The position numbers and the translations under genes are program-made. Of a stretch of DNA of 64,000 nucleotides, positions 46,500-56,825 are shown one piece after another; the stretch's first letter is position 1; each line of letters opens with the position of its first letter. Source of the stretch: an uncultured Muribaculaceae bacterium. Lineage in GTDB: Bacteria > Bacillota_I > Bacilli_A > RF39 > UBA660. Under the pieces are notes generated by a model. It was given only the letters and a program-made list of their open reading frames with translations. It was not told the origin of the DNA and did not search any database. Location: assembly GCA_964549115.1 (NCBI GenBank), contig CAZJTX010000001.1, positions 56,494 to 120,493 on the forward strand, in the 5' to 3' direction.

Positions 46500-47477
46500 T
46501 TATATCACATCCTTAAATAATCCATATATATAATTTTCTAAATCAAATGTTTTTAAGTCCTCCATTTTTTCTCCTAGACCTACAAACTTAACTGGTATAT
46601 TTACTTTTTCTTTTATAGCTAAAACAATTCCACCTTTAGCTGTTCCGTCTAACTTTGTTAGTATTATACCACTTACATTAGTAATTTCTTTAAAGCTCTC
46701 CGCTTGCAATATTCCATTTTGACCAGTAGTAGCATCTATTACTAATAATGTCTCATGAGGAGCATTTTCTATCTTACTATTTATAACTTTATTTATCTTT
46801 TCTAATTCGTTCATTAGATTAACTTTGTTTTCTAATCTACCCGCGGTATCTATTAATACTATATCAACCTTTTCTTCTATTGCATAATCTAGTCCATCAA
46901 ATATAACACTAGCTGGATCATTATCTTCTTTTCCAAAAAATAAACTCTTAGTTCTATCTGCCCATATTTTTAGTTGTTCTGTTGCTCCCGCTCTAAAAGT
47001 ATCTCCTGCTATCATTAAAACTTTTTTATTTTCCAATTTATATTTATGAGCCAGTTTAGCAATTGAAGTAGTTTTGCCTACTCCATTAACTCCCACTACT
47101 AATATAATCGTAGGACCTTCTTCTACTTCATTTATTTTATCGGTTAAAATTCCTTCATCTACATATATAATAAATAACTCATCAACTATAACTTCTTTTA
47201 AATCCTCGGTGGATTTAATATTTTCACTCTTTACTCTTTTTCTTAATCTCTCAATAAAATCCATAACAGTGTTTATTCCAATATCGGCCATTATTAATAT
47301 ATTTTCTAATTCCTCAAAATATTCTTCTGTAATAACTTTATGCTTTTTACTTAAATTTATTAGTTTAGAAGAAAACTCTTCTCTTGTTTTCTCTAATCCA
47401 TCATAATAAATATCCGCCTCGGAATCTTTTGTTTTTAAAATTGATTTAATTTTTTTGAAAAAACCCACATAAATCAC
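46500..47477 (-). CDS. ftsY: signal recognition particle receptor FtsY (short form)
   Basis: 325 aa. NG domain with GVNGVGKTT, DTAGR and TKLDG motifs. Confidence 0.9.
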   Translation of the reverse strand: MIYVGFFKKIKSILKTKDSEADIYYDGLEKTREEFSSKLINLSKKHKVITEEYFEELENILIMADIGINTVMDFIERLRKRVKSENIKSTEDLKEVIVDELFIIYVDEGILTDKINEVEEGPTIILVVGVNGVGKTTSIAKLAHKYKLENKKVLMIAGDTFRAGATEQLKIWADRTKSLFFGKEDNDPASVIFDGLDYAIEEKVDIVLIDTAGRLENKVNLMNELEKINKVINSKIENAPHETLLVIDATTGQNGILQAESFKEITNVSGIILTKLDGTAKGGIVLAIKEKVNIPVKFVGLGEKMEDLKTFDLENYIYGLFKDVI

Positions 47478-47525
47478 CTAATATTATTTTAACAAATTAT
47501 AGAAAAAATAGTAAGTTACTCCAAA

Positions 47526-47555
47526 CAAAAAATCAGTATTAAACTGATTTTTGTT
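47526..47555 (-). terminator. rho-independent terminator
   Basis: ATCAGT-ATTAAA-ACTGAT with A and T runs, 3' of the gene at 47561-48154. Confidence 0.5.
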
Positions 47556-47560
47556 TTGTC

Positions 47561-48154
47561 TTATCTTCTTTTACTTTGAATTTGTTCTAACTCTTCATTT
47601 TCTATTATTTTAGTTTTTACTAAATCTTCTATTTCTGGAGTTACATTCAAAGTCGTCATTAAATAAAATTCGGGTCCTAATTTAGAAAAGTTGAAAATTA
47701 TTTCCCTTACTGTTTCTAAAGAAGCTCTATCCTTGTTTTGATCCAGCAATATCCCAACAGCTTCTTCGTATGACAAATCACTTTCTAATCCTTCCATAAT
47801 GTTTAAAGCTGATTCAATTTGTTTTTCCCAAGTATAGTTTTTAAATACTAAATCTAAAACATACTTATTCCACTCTTTTATTCTCTCAGGATATATTAAA
47901 CTTTCTCCTCTTTTTAATAAAGCGGCAGCATTATCCCCAATCTTTTTAACTTCTCTTAACGATTTATGATATTGATCATATCCTTCTTTCGTCATACCAT
48001 GCACTTCCATGTAGGCAGCATCCATAGTAATAGAACCAGAAAAGAACACTTTCCCCTTATAAGTTAGGGCTGTTAATTTGTCTTCTTTACCAGCTTCTAG
48101 CAATTCATTAATTACATTTTCTAAATCGGGATCTCTAAAATTTATATTATTCAT
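47561..48154 (-). CDS. hypothetical cytoplasmic protein
   Basis: 197 aa. No recognised motif. Confidence 0.35.
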   Translation of the reverse strand: MNNINFRDPDLENVINELLEAGKEDKLTALTYKGKVFFSGSITMDAAYMEVHGMTKEGYDQYHKSLREVKKIGDNAAALLKRGESLIYPERIKEWNKYVLDLVFKNYTWEKQIESALNIMEGLESDLSYEEAVGILLDQNKDRASLETVREIIFNFSKLGPEFYLMTTLNVTPEIEDLVKTKIIENEELEQIQSKRR

Positions 48155-48302
48155 CGTTATCCCCCTTTCTTAAGTGTGTTATTATACCAATTTATATCGT
48201 TTTGTCAATATTTTAATATCTTTAAAAATATGGACATTCATAAAAATTTAGTGTATAATACATTTGTTATTAAAACTTTATAAACGAAAGAAGGAATCTA
48301 TA

Positions 48303-49970
48303 TTGAAAAATACTAGTGCTACGTCAATCGTAGCTTTAGGTGGCTTAGGTGAAGTAGGTAAAAATATGTACGTCATCAACCACCAAGAAGAAATTATTAT
48401 TGTTGATGCAGGAGTAATGTTTCCCGAAGACGAATTGTTGGGAATCGATTTTGTAATTCAAGATATTACTTATTTAAAGAAAAATGAACACAAAATAAAA
48501 GCTTTGTTTATTACCCATGGTCATGAAGACCATATTGGAGGTATACCATTTTTATTAAGAAGTTTAAACATACCTAGAATTTACACTCCCCAAATAGCAT
48601 ACGATCTAATACAAAAAAAGTTAGTTGAAAAATTAATTAAGTATGATAATTTTGAAATTATCAACAAAGATTTAATTGTTAAAACGAAACATTTTGAAGT
48701 TGAATTTGTAGAAACCACTCATTCAATTCCGGATACATTTGCAATGGCTATTAAAACCCCAAATGGGACGATATTTGAAACTGGAGATTTTAAGTTTGAT
48801 TTAACCCCTATTGGACCCCCTACTGATATTCATAAGATTGCAAGAATAGCAGACGAAGGTATTACCCTTTTATTAAGCGATTCAACAAATTCATTTTCAC
48901 CCGGATCTGCCAAAAGTGAAAGTTCGGTAGACGATGCTCTTAATAATATATTCCCCAAACATTTAGGAAGAATTATTATAGCTACATTTGCATCCAATAT
49001 ATATAGAATTAAACACATAATAGAAACTTGTAAGAAAAACAACAGAAAAGTTTTAGTTTTTGGAAGAAGTATGGAAGCAAGTATTGATATATCTATTAAA
49101 AATGGTTTGATCGAAGATAAAGGTATATTTATAACTACTGCTCAAGCTAAAAACTTTAAAAAATCAGAAATATGTATTTTATGTACTGGTTCTCAAGGTG
49201 AACCTTTAGCGGCTCTTTCTAGAATTGCAAATGGTTCTCATAAACAAATTAAATTATTACCAGATGACTTAGTAGTATTTTCATCAAGTCCTATCCCGGG
49301 TAACGCTGATAGTATAAATAAAATTATTAACAAATTATATTTAAAAGGAGTAAAAGTTTATACTAACTCTGAATTTAATGACATACATACATCGGGACAT
49401 GCTAAAATGGATGAATTAAAATGGATGCTTAGAATGACCAAACCAAAATATTTTATGCCAATGCATGGCGAATATAGAATGTTAAAAGGTCATGCTAAGC
49501 TAGCTGAGGAGATTGGAATACCTAGAGAAAATATTTTCATTTGTGAAAATGGAGATGTTTTAAACTTATTAGATGGTAAGGTTATAAGAAATGGCAAAGT
49601 TCAAGCCGGAGATGTTTATGTTGATGGTTCTAGAGTCGGAGAAATTGGAAGCGTTGTATTAAAAGATAGAAAACTGATGTCTCAAGATGGAATACTTATA
49701 GCAATATTAAACATAGATCCCTTTAAAAGAAGATTATTATTAAAACCAAACGTAACTGCTAGAGGATTTGTATTAGTTAATGAAAGTCCGGAACTAATGA
49801 AACAAATAGAAAATAAACTAATTGAAATAGTAAACTCATTTTTCTTAAGATCTACTTATACATATACTGATTTGAAAAACCAAATAATATTAGAGTTGCT
49901 TCCGTTTATAAATAAACTAACCGGAAGACATCCAATAATATTACCAATAATTATGGAAATTAAAAAATAA
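48303..49970 (+). CDS. rnj: ribonuclease J
   Basis: Metallo-beta-lactamase HGHEDHIGG, beta-CASP and a C-terminal domain. Strong identity to RNase J1 (ALGGLGE(V/I)GKN…FPEDELLGID…). The probable TTG start at 48303 lies 8 nt after GAAGGA. The ORF-track start at 48264 is also TTG. Confidence 0.85.
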   Translation: MKNTSATSIVALGGLGEVGKNMYVINHQEEIIIVDAGVMFPEDELLGIDFVIQDITYLKKNEHKIKALFITHGHEDHIGGIPFLLRSLNIPRIYTPQIAYDLIQKKLVEKLIKYDNFEIINKDLIVKTKHFEVEFVETTHSIPDTFAMAIKTPNGTIFETGDFKFDLTPIGPPTDIHKIARIADEGITLLLSDSTNSFSPGSAKSESSVDDALNNIFPKHLGRIIIATFASNIYRIKHIIETCKKNNRKVLVFGRSMEASIDISIKNGLIEDKGIFITTAQAKNFKKSEICILCTGSQGEPLAALSRIANGSHKQIKLLPDDLVVFSSSPIPGNADSINKIINKLYLKGVKVYTNSEFNDIHTSGHAKMDELKWMLRMTKPKYFMPMHGEYRMLKGHAKLAEEIGIPRENIFICENGDVLNLLDGKVIRNGKVQAGDVYVDGSRVGEIGSVVLKDRKLMSQDGILIAILNIDPFKRRLLLKPNVTARGFVLVNESPELMKQIENKLIEIVNSFFLRSTYTYTDLKNQIILELLPFINKLTGRHPIILPIIMEIKK

Positions 49971-49996
49971 AAACGAGAAATCGTTTTTATTTTTTA
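49970..49996 (+). terminator. rho-independent terminator after rnj
   Basis: AAAACGA-GAAA-TCGTTTT followed by TATTTTTT. Confidence 0.6.
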
Positions 49997-50006
49997 TTAC
50001 AAACCA

Positions 50007-50018
50007 GAACAATTGTTT
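50007..50018 (+). promoter_or_regulatory. putative LexA (Cheo-type) SOS box
   Basis: GAACAATTGTTT matches GAAC-N4-GTTC at 11 of 12 positions. Located about 45 nt upstream of the lexA start. Confidence 0.5.
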
Positions 50019-50061
50019 GACATCGGGGAATACATTATGTATTATTTAATTAGGTGATATT

Positions 50062-50679
50062 ATGGAAGAATTAACAAAAAGACAATATGACACTCTTTTG
50101 TTTATTAAAAAGTTTATAGCAAAAAATGGTTTTCCCCCTTCTATTAGAGAAATAGCAGCAGGATTAAATTTAAGTAGCCCTGCTACTGTGTTTACGCATA
50201 TTAAAAAGTTGGAGGAAAAAAACATTTTAAAATCTACTGGAGGAAAATCTAGAACAATCGAATTGTTAGTTGAAAATGAATATATTGAAGGTGGAGATGA
50301 AGTTTCTAAAATACCACTTCTTGGAATGATTAGTGCTGGTGACCCAGTGTTAGCTATTGAACAACCCAACGAGTTTTTTGCTATACCATCTAATCTTCTT
50401 CCAAGCAAAAAAGATGTGTTTGCATTAGATGTATCAGGAGAGTCTATGATTAATAAAGGTATCCATGATAAAGATATAGTTATTGTTAAAAAACAACCTA
50501 GTGCCAATAATGGTGATGTTGTAGTTGCACTAACAAATGAAAATGAAGTAACACTTAAAACTTTTTACAAAGAAAAAAATCATTTTAGGTTACAACCTGA
50601 AAATGACTTTTTAGAACCAATAATATTAAATGAAGTTAATATATTAGGTGTCGCTGTAGGTTTATATAGAAAAATATAA
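50062..50679 (+). CDS. lexA: LexA repressor (S24 peptidase)
   Basis: 205 aa. N-terminal winged HTH. Ala-Gly cleavage region (ISAGDP) and Ser-Lys dyad (VSGESM…VVKKQ). Confidence 0.9.
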   Translation: MEELTKRQYDTLLFIKKFIAKNGFPPSIREIAAGLNLSSPATVFTHIKKLEEKNILKSTGGKSRTIELLVENEYIEGGDEVSKIPLLGMISAGDPVLAIEQPNEFFAIPSNLLPSKKDVFALDVSGESMINKGIHDKDIVIVKKQPSANNGDVVVALTNENEVTLKTFYKEKNHFRLQPENDFLEPIILNEVNILGVAVGLYRKI

Positions 50680-51822
50680 TTACCTAAATATCATATAACT
50701 TAAAAACGCGATTAATATAATTAATGCAATGCTTGCATTAATTTTTTCTTGCTTAGAAGTTTTATCAACTATACCAAATGATGCGGTTGATAAATACCCT
50801 CCTATTAATCCTCCTATATGTGCTGCTACATCTATACCAGGTATTAAAAATCCTAATGCTAAATTAATTATTACAATTGGTAATATTTGATTTTTTAGGG
50901 CATTAGATAAATATAATCTAAAATGAAACCCAAAATATAATAATGCTCCAGCTAAACCAAATATTGCACCGCTTGCCCCAACTGAAATATTGTTAGTAAA
51001 TAACACCGACATTAAAGAACCGATTATACCACTAACTAGGTATATACCCGTAAATTTCAATTTACCTATATAATTTTCTACTTGAGATCCCAACATATAA
51101 AGAGCATACATATTTATTGCAAGATGTAAAAACCCAGCATGTAAGAACATTGATGTTACCAATCTCCAAACTTGACCACTCTTAACTAGTGGTGCATAAT
51201 TTGCCCCAAACATAACTAACGTTATTGGGTCTTCTGATCCTTTTCCTAATATATAAGTAAGAGCAAACACTACTATACACAGGGCCATCATTATTTTTGT
51301 CATAATAATTCTTTTTGGTCTAAATATGTTTTCAAATACTTTATTACTCTTTTCAGTCTTATCGTTTATATCTGTTGTCATACTAAATAAATGATCAACT
51401 TTATCTATTTCTTTATTTATTTTTTTAGAAATTTCAGGAAAGGCAGTTTTTATATTATTTTGTTTTGTAAAATCTTTTATATTTTTAGCATTTATAGTTT
51501 CTATGCCTTTTGTTTTTGAAGGTTTAACATAATCACCTATGTTAACACAAATATTTAACGTATTAAAATTAAAAGATAATGTTTTCTTTTTTATTTGTTT
51601 TATAACATTTTCCACTTTTAAAACATCATATTCATATTGTTCACTATTATGAATATAATTATTATTTATTCTTATTACTTTATAAGGGCCCTCAAGATTT
51701 TCTAACCACACTTCGTTTTTAGAACCATGCACTATAATTGGAGAATAGTTTTCTTTTGTTACAAAATAATGAACTAAACTCATTACCATACCATCTTGGG
51801 GTCTTACTGAAATTGAATCCAT
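50680..51822 (-). CDS. rhomboid-family intramembrane serine protease with N-terminal cytoplasmic domain
   Basis: 380 aa. C-terminal six-TM core with GASGAIFGLAG (GxSG) and a His in AAHIGGLIGG. Confidence 0.7.
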   Translation of the reverse strand: MDSISVRPQDGMVMSLVHYFVTKENYSPIIVHGSKNEVWLENLEGPYKVIRINNNYIHNSEQYEYDVLKVENVIKQIKKKTLSFNFNTLNICVNIGDYVKPSKTKGIETINAKNIKDFTKQNNIKTAFPEISKKINKEIDKVDHLFSMTTDINDKTEKSNKVFENIFRPKRIIMTKIMMALCIVVFALTYILGKGSEDPITLVMFGANYAPLVKSGQVWRLVTSMFLHAGFLHLAINMYALYMLGSQVENYIGKLKFTGIYLVSGIIGSLMSVLFTNNISVGASGAIFGLAGALLYFGFHFRLYLSNALKNQILPIVIINLALGFLIPGIDVAAHIGGLIGGYLSTASFGIVDKTSKQEKINASIALIILIAFLSYMIFR

Positions 51823-51860
51823 AACTCCTCCACTTATATATTTTACTATATATAAATGGG

Positions 51861-52745
51861 TTAGTAAAGTTCGAGACTTTTTAGTTTATCATCAAATTCT
51901 TTCGGTAATTTTATTTCAAAAGTCATTACTTCTTTTGAAATTGGATGAACAAGACTCAATTTATACGCATGCAAATATTGATTAAACGAATCCTCTTTAT
52001 ATTTACCATATACTGGGTCATTATATACAGGATGTCCTATATAAGATAAATGAACCCTTATTTGATGTGTTCTTCCAGTTTTTAAATTAATTTTTAATAA
52101 TGTATGTTCTTTATATCTTTTTAAAACTTCAAAATAAGTAATAGATTCTTTTCCATCTTTAGAAGCTTCCATTAATCTAAAATCTTTATTACTTCTGCTA
52201 ATAGGTACATCTATTTTACCTTTTGATGATGGAACTATTCCTTCAACCAACACTTTATATTCTCTATTTATTTTATGTTTTTTAAAATCTTTTGATAATA
52301 TTTTATGTACTTCATTGTTTTTAGCTACTATTAGCAATCCACTTGTATCTTTATCTAATCTGTGCACTATACCTGGTCTTTCCTCTCCCCCTATATCGGA
52401 TAATTCCTTAGTATAAAATAATAAAGCATTAACTAAAGTGTTTTTAAAAACACCACTTCCAGGATGAGTTACCATTCCACTTGGTTTATTCACAACTAAT
52501 ATATATTCATCTTCATATATAATATCCAACTTAATATTTTCAGGTAATATTTCAATTACTTCTTCTTCATAAAAAACTGTTATTACATCTTTAAGAGAAA
52601 CTTTATAAGATGGTTTAACGTTTTCACCATTAACTAATATTAAATTTTCTTTTATTAAAGTTTCTATTTTAGATCTTGATATATCCGTGTTACTAGCAAC
52701 ATATTTATCTATTCTAATGTTTTCTTTATTAACGACTAGTTTCAT
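51861..52745 (-). CDS. rluD: RluA-family 23S rRNA pseudouridine synthase (RluD-like)
   Basis: 294 aa. S4 domain and catalytic HRLDKDTSGLL. Confidence 0.8.
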   Translation of the reverse strand: MKLVVNKENIRIDKYVASNTDISRSKIETLIKENLILVNGENVKPSYKVSLKDVITVFYEEEVIEILPENIKLDIIYEDEYILVVNKPSGMVTHPGSGVFKNTLVNALLFYTKELSDIGGEERPGIVHRLDKDTSGLLIVAKNNEVHKILSKDFKKHKINREYKVLVEGIVPSSKGKIDVPISRSNKDFRLMEASKDGKESITYFEVLKRYKEHTLLKINLKTGRTHQIRVHLSYIGHPVYNDPVYGKYKEDSFNQYLHAYKLSLVHPISKEVMTFEIKLPKEFDDKLKSLELY

Positions 52746-53184
52746 CTTTTTTCTCCTTTAAAACAATTGATATTCCATATAATATAAAACCTATAGTTAT
52801 TAGTATATCTGCAAAATTAAAAACAGGAAATCCATACCCGAATATATTTACAGATATATAATCTACAACATAACCTCTAAATATACGGTCAATTAAATTT
52901 CCTAGTAATCCGCCGATTACAAAAGAATATATAATTACATTTAATTTCGTTTTATCTTCTTTCATTAATTCATTGTTTATAAAAACCAATATCAAAATAC
53001 TTATTGCAATTATTATATATTTAACATTATCTAAAAGACCAAAAGCCACACCATAATTTTTAACTTTTGTTATATACAAAAAATTATTAATTAATGCAAT
53101 ATCAATTAATAATTTATTAGCAAACATCTTTAAAGTTTGATCTATAATTATCCATAAAAAACTTAACGCATATACTCTTTTCAT
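52729..53184 (-). CDS. lspA: lipoprotein signal peptidase II
   Basis: 151 aa. Four TM helices. Conserved NxGxAFG (NYGVAFGL) and FNFAD motifs. The lspA-rluD pairing is conserved. Confidence 0.85.
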   Translation of the reverse strand: MKRVYALSFLWIIIDQTLKMFANKLLIDIALINNFLYITKVKNYGVAFGLLDNVKYIIIAISILILVFINNELMKEDKTKLNVIIYSFVIGGLLGNLIDRIFRGYVVDYISVNIFGYGFPVFNFADILITIGFILYGISIVLKEKKDETSR

Positions 53185-53189
53185 AATAA

Positions 53190-54578
53190 TTATACTATCT
53201 CAGAACACACTTCTATAGTTCCGTACCAATTAAATTGAGTGAACAATAATTTAATTAAAATTGGCAAGAAAAACAATATTATAGTATAAATAAATCTTTT
53301 TAATGCTGTCGAGGAAGCTTTTTTGATTGCGTCATTATCTTGGGCTATAAGTGCCTTAAAGACATCCATAGAACTTAAAAGAAATAATCCGCCTATTCCG
53401 GCTATTCTAATAATATTTAATGTTAACTGTATCCAGTAAGCTGGATGACTTTTATCATCAGGTTCTCCAAATATAGCACCGCAAGATGCATCTTTTACTT
53501 CTAAATTTCCCAAATCAAAATACTCATCTAAAGTAACCAATAATACTTCATCCATATTTCCTTGGTTATCCAATAAGCCTTGAACTAATTCTGCTCCTGA
53601 TTCATCTCCGGCATCTGCCAATTCTTTAGCCTTCTTTTCAAGAACATCTAGAATCATTTCTTTAACTGATTTATCAGAAAGATAATCTTTACCCCTATAG
53701 ACTTCTCGTATCCAGTTTTTCATAAATTCAGGTAAAATTAACAAGTTTGTAGCGTAATCTTTTTTTATTCTTTCTTCTTGAACATTTATCAGTTCTTTAA
53801 ATATCGCCTCATATATTTCATCCGCAATTTGTTCTGAAGATTTTTTATCTTTTAAATCAGGATATAATTCTATGTATTTATCAAGTATTTTATCCATTGA
53901 TGGAGAAATAGAATTTTCAACAGATCTTTTAAAAGTTGTTTCTTCATTCACTTGCAACGGATGACCATCATGTTCAGGATGTATTCTCATTGATCCTGTT
54001 CCAATCATAGGAACACTCCAATACACAAACGAATCTTTACACACATTTGGAGCATCTGCAAAGCACTTTAAATTAGCATTATAATTGGTTTTTGATCTTG
54101 GTTCGGTATATGCCCAATCATCAAAATACACATTATTTGCACAAGAAAATCTTGTTATTCCATCTACCGTAGTAACAGTTGTAAGTTCTCCCGGTGTAGG
54201 ATCTGGGTCCAAATACATTTTTTTATAATAGTTATATGCTCCTCTAGGAAATGTACATTTACTATTAGTGTCAGAGTGACAACCTTCATCATCAACTCTT
54301 TTTTCAAATATAGCTCTAAAACTTGACGGACCTTGTGTATAATTCGAATTGTTCGGAGAATAAAGAGCAAAATAACCTATTTTTGTGTCATAAGGATCAA
54401 CCATATATAATATTTGCATAATATCTTCCGATGCACCAGAACTTCTATAAGTACATAATGGAATACACAATTTGTTTTGCACACAAGTTTCAAGATTTAT
54501 AGGCGTTACTGCATTTACTGTTTTGGGCAATAAAATTAGTAACAACAATATCGTTAAAACTCCAAATTTATTTTTCAT
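53190..54578 (-). CDS. secreted Cys-rich protein with conserved C-terminal two-helix membrane module (PAYWIQ…)
   Basis: 462 aa. Signal peptide. The C-terminal ~90 aa are homologous to the C-termini of the two NlpC/P60 paralogs. Confidence 0.45.
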   Translation of the reverse strand: MKNKFGVLTILLLLILLPKTVNAVTPINLETCVQNKLCIPLCTYRSSGASEDIMQILYMVDPYDTKIGYFALYSPNNSNYTQGPSSFRAIFEKRVDDEGCHSDTNSKCTFPRGAYNYYKKMYLDPDPTPGELTTVTTVDGITRFSCANNVYFDDWAYTEPRSKTNYNANLKCFADAPNVCKDSFVYWSVPMIGTGSMRIHPEHDGHPLQVNEETTFKRSVENSISPSMDKILDKYIELYPDLKDKKSSEQIADEIYEAIFKELINVQEERIKKDYATNLLILPEFMKNWIREVYRGKDYLSDKSVKEMILDVLEKKAKELADAGDESGAELVQGLLDNQGNMDEVLLVTLDEYFDLGNLEVKDASCGAIFGEPDDKSHPAYWIQLTLNIIRIAGIGGLFLLSSMDVFKALIAQDNDAIKKASSTALKRFIYTIILFFLPILIKLLFTQFNWYGTIEVCSEIV

Positions 54579-54615
54579 AATTACTCCCTTTAATTTATTA
54601 TACTACATATTTATT

Positions 54616-55485
54616 TCATTTTTTATTTACAATTAAACTTTTTATAAGTTTTTTATTATTAAAGATTACAATTTGTTCTTCAGCTAATCTAAAATTAAAT
54701 ATACTATCCTCTAATATTTCACCATCATAATTACATGGCATTATTTCTTTAGACCGTATAGTAACATTAGTGATTTGTTGTTTTTTTACATATTTTAAAG
54801 ATTCGTGTGTTCCCTTTACTAACTTGGTTATAGCATTAATTATCTGCGCCTTATTAATTCCTTCTATTGCATAAAAATCTAATACACTATTATCGACTTT
54901 CGCATTAAGTGCAATTTTAAAACCATTCCCATAATATCTACCATTGCAAACAGTAAGGATTGTATACTTTTTATAATTATCATTGTTTATAGAATATAGT
55001 TTGTTTTTATATTTGAAATAAGTATAAAGTATACTTTTTATATAAATGTTCGATGTATCTCCGGTTGTTTTTTTCATTTTGTTAGCATTTTTAGCTATTT
55101 CAGCATCTATACCCACAGAGGCTACATTAATAAAATATTTATCATTAACAATTCCCAGATCTGATTTAAAAACCTGTGGATGGTTTTTTATTGTTTTATA
55201 GAAATCATTTCCACTACCACCTGGTATTACCCCAAGCATAGCTGTACCTCCAACCATTCCATTTACTATTTCGTTTAATGTTCCGTCGCCACCAACTGAG
55301 TATATAACCTTAGCTCTGTTTTTATATCGTCTTGCAAGTTTTACTGAATCGCCTGCTTTTTTAGTGTAGGTTAATATCCAGTCCTTTTCTTTAATCATTT
55401 CTAGTTTATCTGCAATTAATTGGGCATTACCCCCACCCGCTAAAGGGTTAATAATAAAAACAATCACTTTATTATTTCTCCACAT
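54616..55485 (-). CDS. diacylglycerol/lipid kinase catalytic-domain protein (DAGK_cat, YegS/DgkB-like)
   Basis: 289 aa. Contains IINPLAGGG and GGDGTLNEIVNG motifs. Confidence 0.7.
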   Translation of the reverse strand: MWRNNKVIVFIINPLAGGGNAQLIADKLEMIKEKDWILTYTKKAGDSVKLARRYKNRAKVIYSVGGDGTLNEIVNGMVGGTAMLGVIPGGSGNDFYKTIKNHPQVFKSDLGIVNDKYFINVASVGIDAEIAKNANKMKKTTGDTSNIYIKSILYTYFKYKNKLYSINNDNYKKYTILTVCNGRYYGNGFKIALNAKVDNSVLDFYAIEGINKAQIINAITKLVKGTHESLKYVKKQQITNVTIRSKEIMPCNYDGEILEDSIFNFRLAEEQIVIFNNKKLIKSLIVNKK

Positions 55486-56654
55486 TCATTATTGTAATCA
55501 TTTCCATAAACTTTCATATACCCTAATAATAAATTAAGTAAAAGTGGTAAGAAAAACAATATAATAGTATACATAAATCTTTTTAAAGTTGTTGTAATTG
55601 CTTTCTTAGTTGCTTCATCATCTTGGGCAGATAATGCTTTTACTAAATCTATTGTACTAAGTAATAACAATGCTGCGATAGCTGCAATCCTTACAATATT
55701 TAAAGACATTTGAATCCAATAAGCAGGTTCAGCTTTATTATTTATATTTCCTAACATACCGTTACAAGCAAAATTTTCATCTATTGCAAGTGGAGTTAGG
55801 TGTAAATTTGCTTTATCATCTGTTTTTATTAAACTAATTATTCCATCATCTTCATCAGTAGGAGCACCAGTTATAAAAGAACCAGAATTTATTACTTTAA
55901 AAGAAAGTTTGCCACCCTTTCCTACAATGTCTCCACATTTCCAATCATTCCAACGAATATAATTAGTTTGTCTTTTAAGATTAGAACCATAAAAAGCATA
56001 ATTATATCCATCTATTGCTTGTAATTCCTTAGAAAAGTTTTGATATTTCATTTCATAAGCTAATTCTTGATTATATGTATAAGGTCTTGCACAACCTGGC
56101 ATTCTACCAGGCGACTTATATTTAGTTAGGTCATCTACTTGCACCGCACCTGTTCCTGATGTGGTTTGGTGAATAAAATTATCCCCACCTAAATATAAAC
56201 CAACGTGAGGCGCCATATCCAAACCCCATTTTTTATAATAATCTAAATACAATAAATCCCCTGGTTGTATATAGTTACAATCTATCATTAAGTTAGCATT
56301 TTTCATTGCTCTTACTGAACGTACAACACCCGTTCCTATTGCAGTATTAGTATATTTTGTATCAGCCCAATATAATCCAACTTGAGTTAAAGCATAATGA
56401 GTAAAACCTGTACAATCAAAACCAGTAAGACTGTGTCCTCCTAGTACATATTTTACGCCAATTTTAGAAACCCCAGCACACGCAATATGCTGACCTAATG
56501 TCTTAGTACCGGTGCCACCTCTAAAGCCGGGTTGACCACCTGGTATTGAAAATCGTTCTCCTGTTTCATCTACTACTAATTCAGCATTTACCACATTTAT
56601 AGCAAAGAACATTAATAACACAAATAATAACGATTTAATATATTTTTTATTCAT
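55464..56654 (-). CDS. NlpC/P60-family peptidoglycan hydrolase with C-terminal PAYWIQ two-TM module (copy 1)
   Basis: 396 aa. Signal peptide. Catalytic FDCTGFTHYA (Cys) and PHVGLYLGGDNFIHQT (His). The C-terminal anchor is homologous to the 53190 and 56826 genes. Confidence 0.7.
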   Translation of the reverse strand: MNKKYIKSLLFVLLMFFAINVVNAELVVDETGERFSIPGGQPGFRGGTGTKTLGQHIACAGVSKIGVKYVLGGHSLTGFDCTGFTHYALTQVGLYWADTKYTNTAIGTGVVRSVRAMKNANLMIDCNYIQPGDLLYLDYYKKWGLDMAPHVGLYLGGDNFIHQTTSGTGAVQVDDLTKYKSPGRMPGCARPYTYNQELAYEMKYQNFSKELQAIDGYNYAFYGSNLKRQTNYIRWNDWKCGDIVGKGGKLSFKVINSGSFITGAPTDEDDGIISLIKTDDKANLHLTPLAIDENFACNGMLGNINNKAEPAYWIQMSLNIVRIAAIAALLLLSTIDLVKALSAQDDEATKKAITTTLKRFMYTIILFFLPLLLNLLLGYMKVYGNDYNNECGEIIK

Positions 56655-56688
56655 TTCTTTATCCTTATTTAATTTATTATACCATTTT

Positions 56689-56772
56689 TTATTTTAATTT
56701 AATATCTATACCGTCTAAACTAAAACTTTTAACATCAGTTATGTAAACATCTATAATATTATCAACTTCTTT
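56689..56772 (-). pseudogene. duplicated 3' fragment of miaB (tandem-duplication scar)
   Basis: The reverse translation reads …KEVDNIIDVYITDVKSFSLDGIDIKLK*, which matches the true miaB C-terminus (NIIDVYITDAKSFSLDGIDIKLK*) at 58045-58125 with two differences. It is preceded by an in-frame TAA. Confidence 0.65.
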
Positions 56773-56825
56773 TTATACCGTTTTATCCACCATCTTTTTA
56801 ATATGTCCTAATAATAAAACAATTA

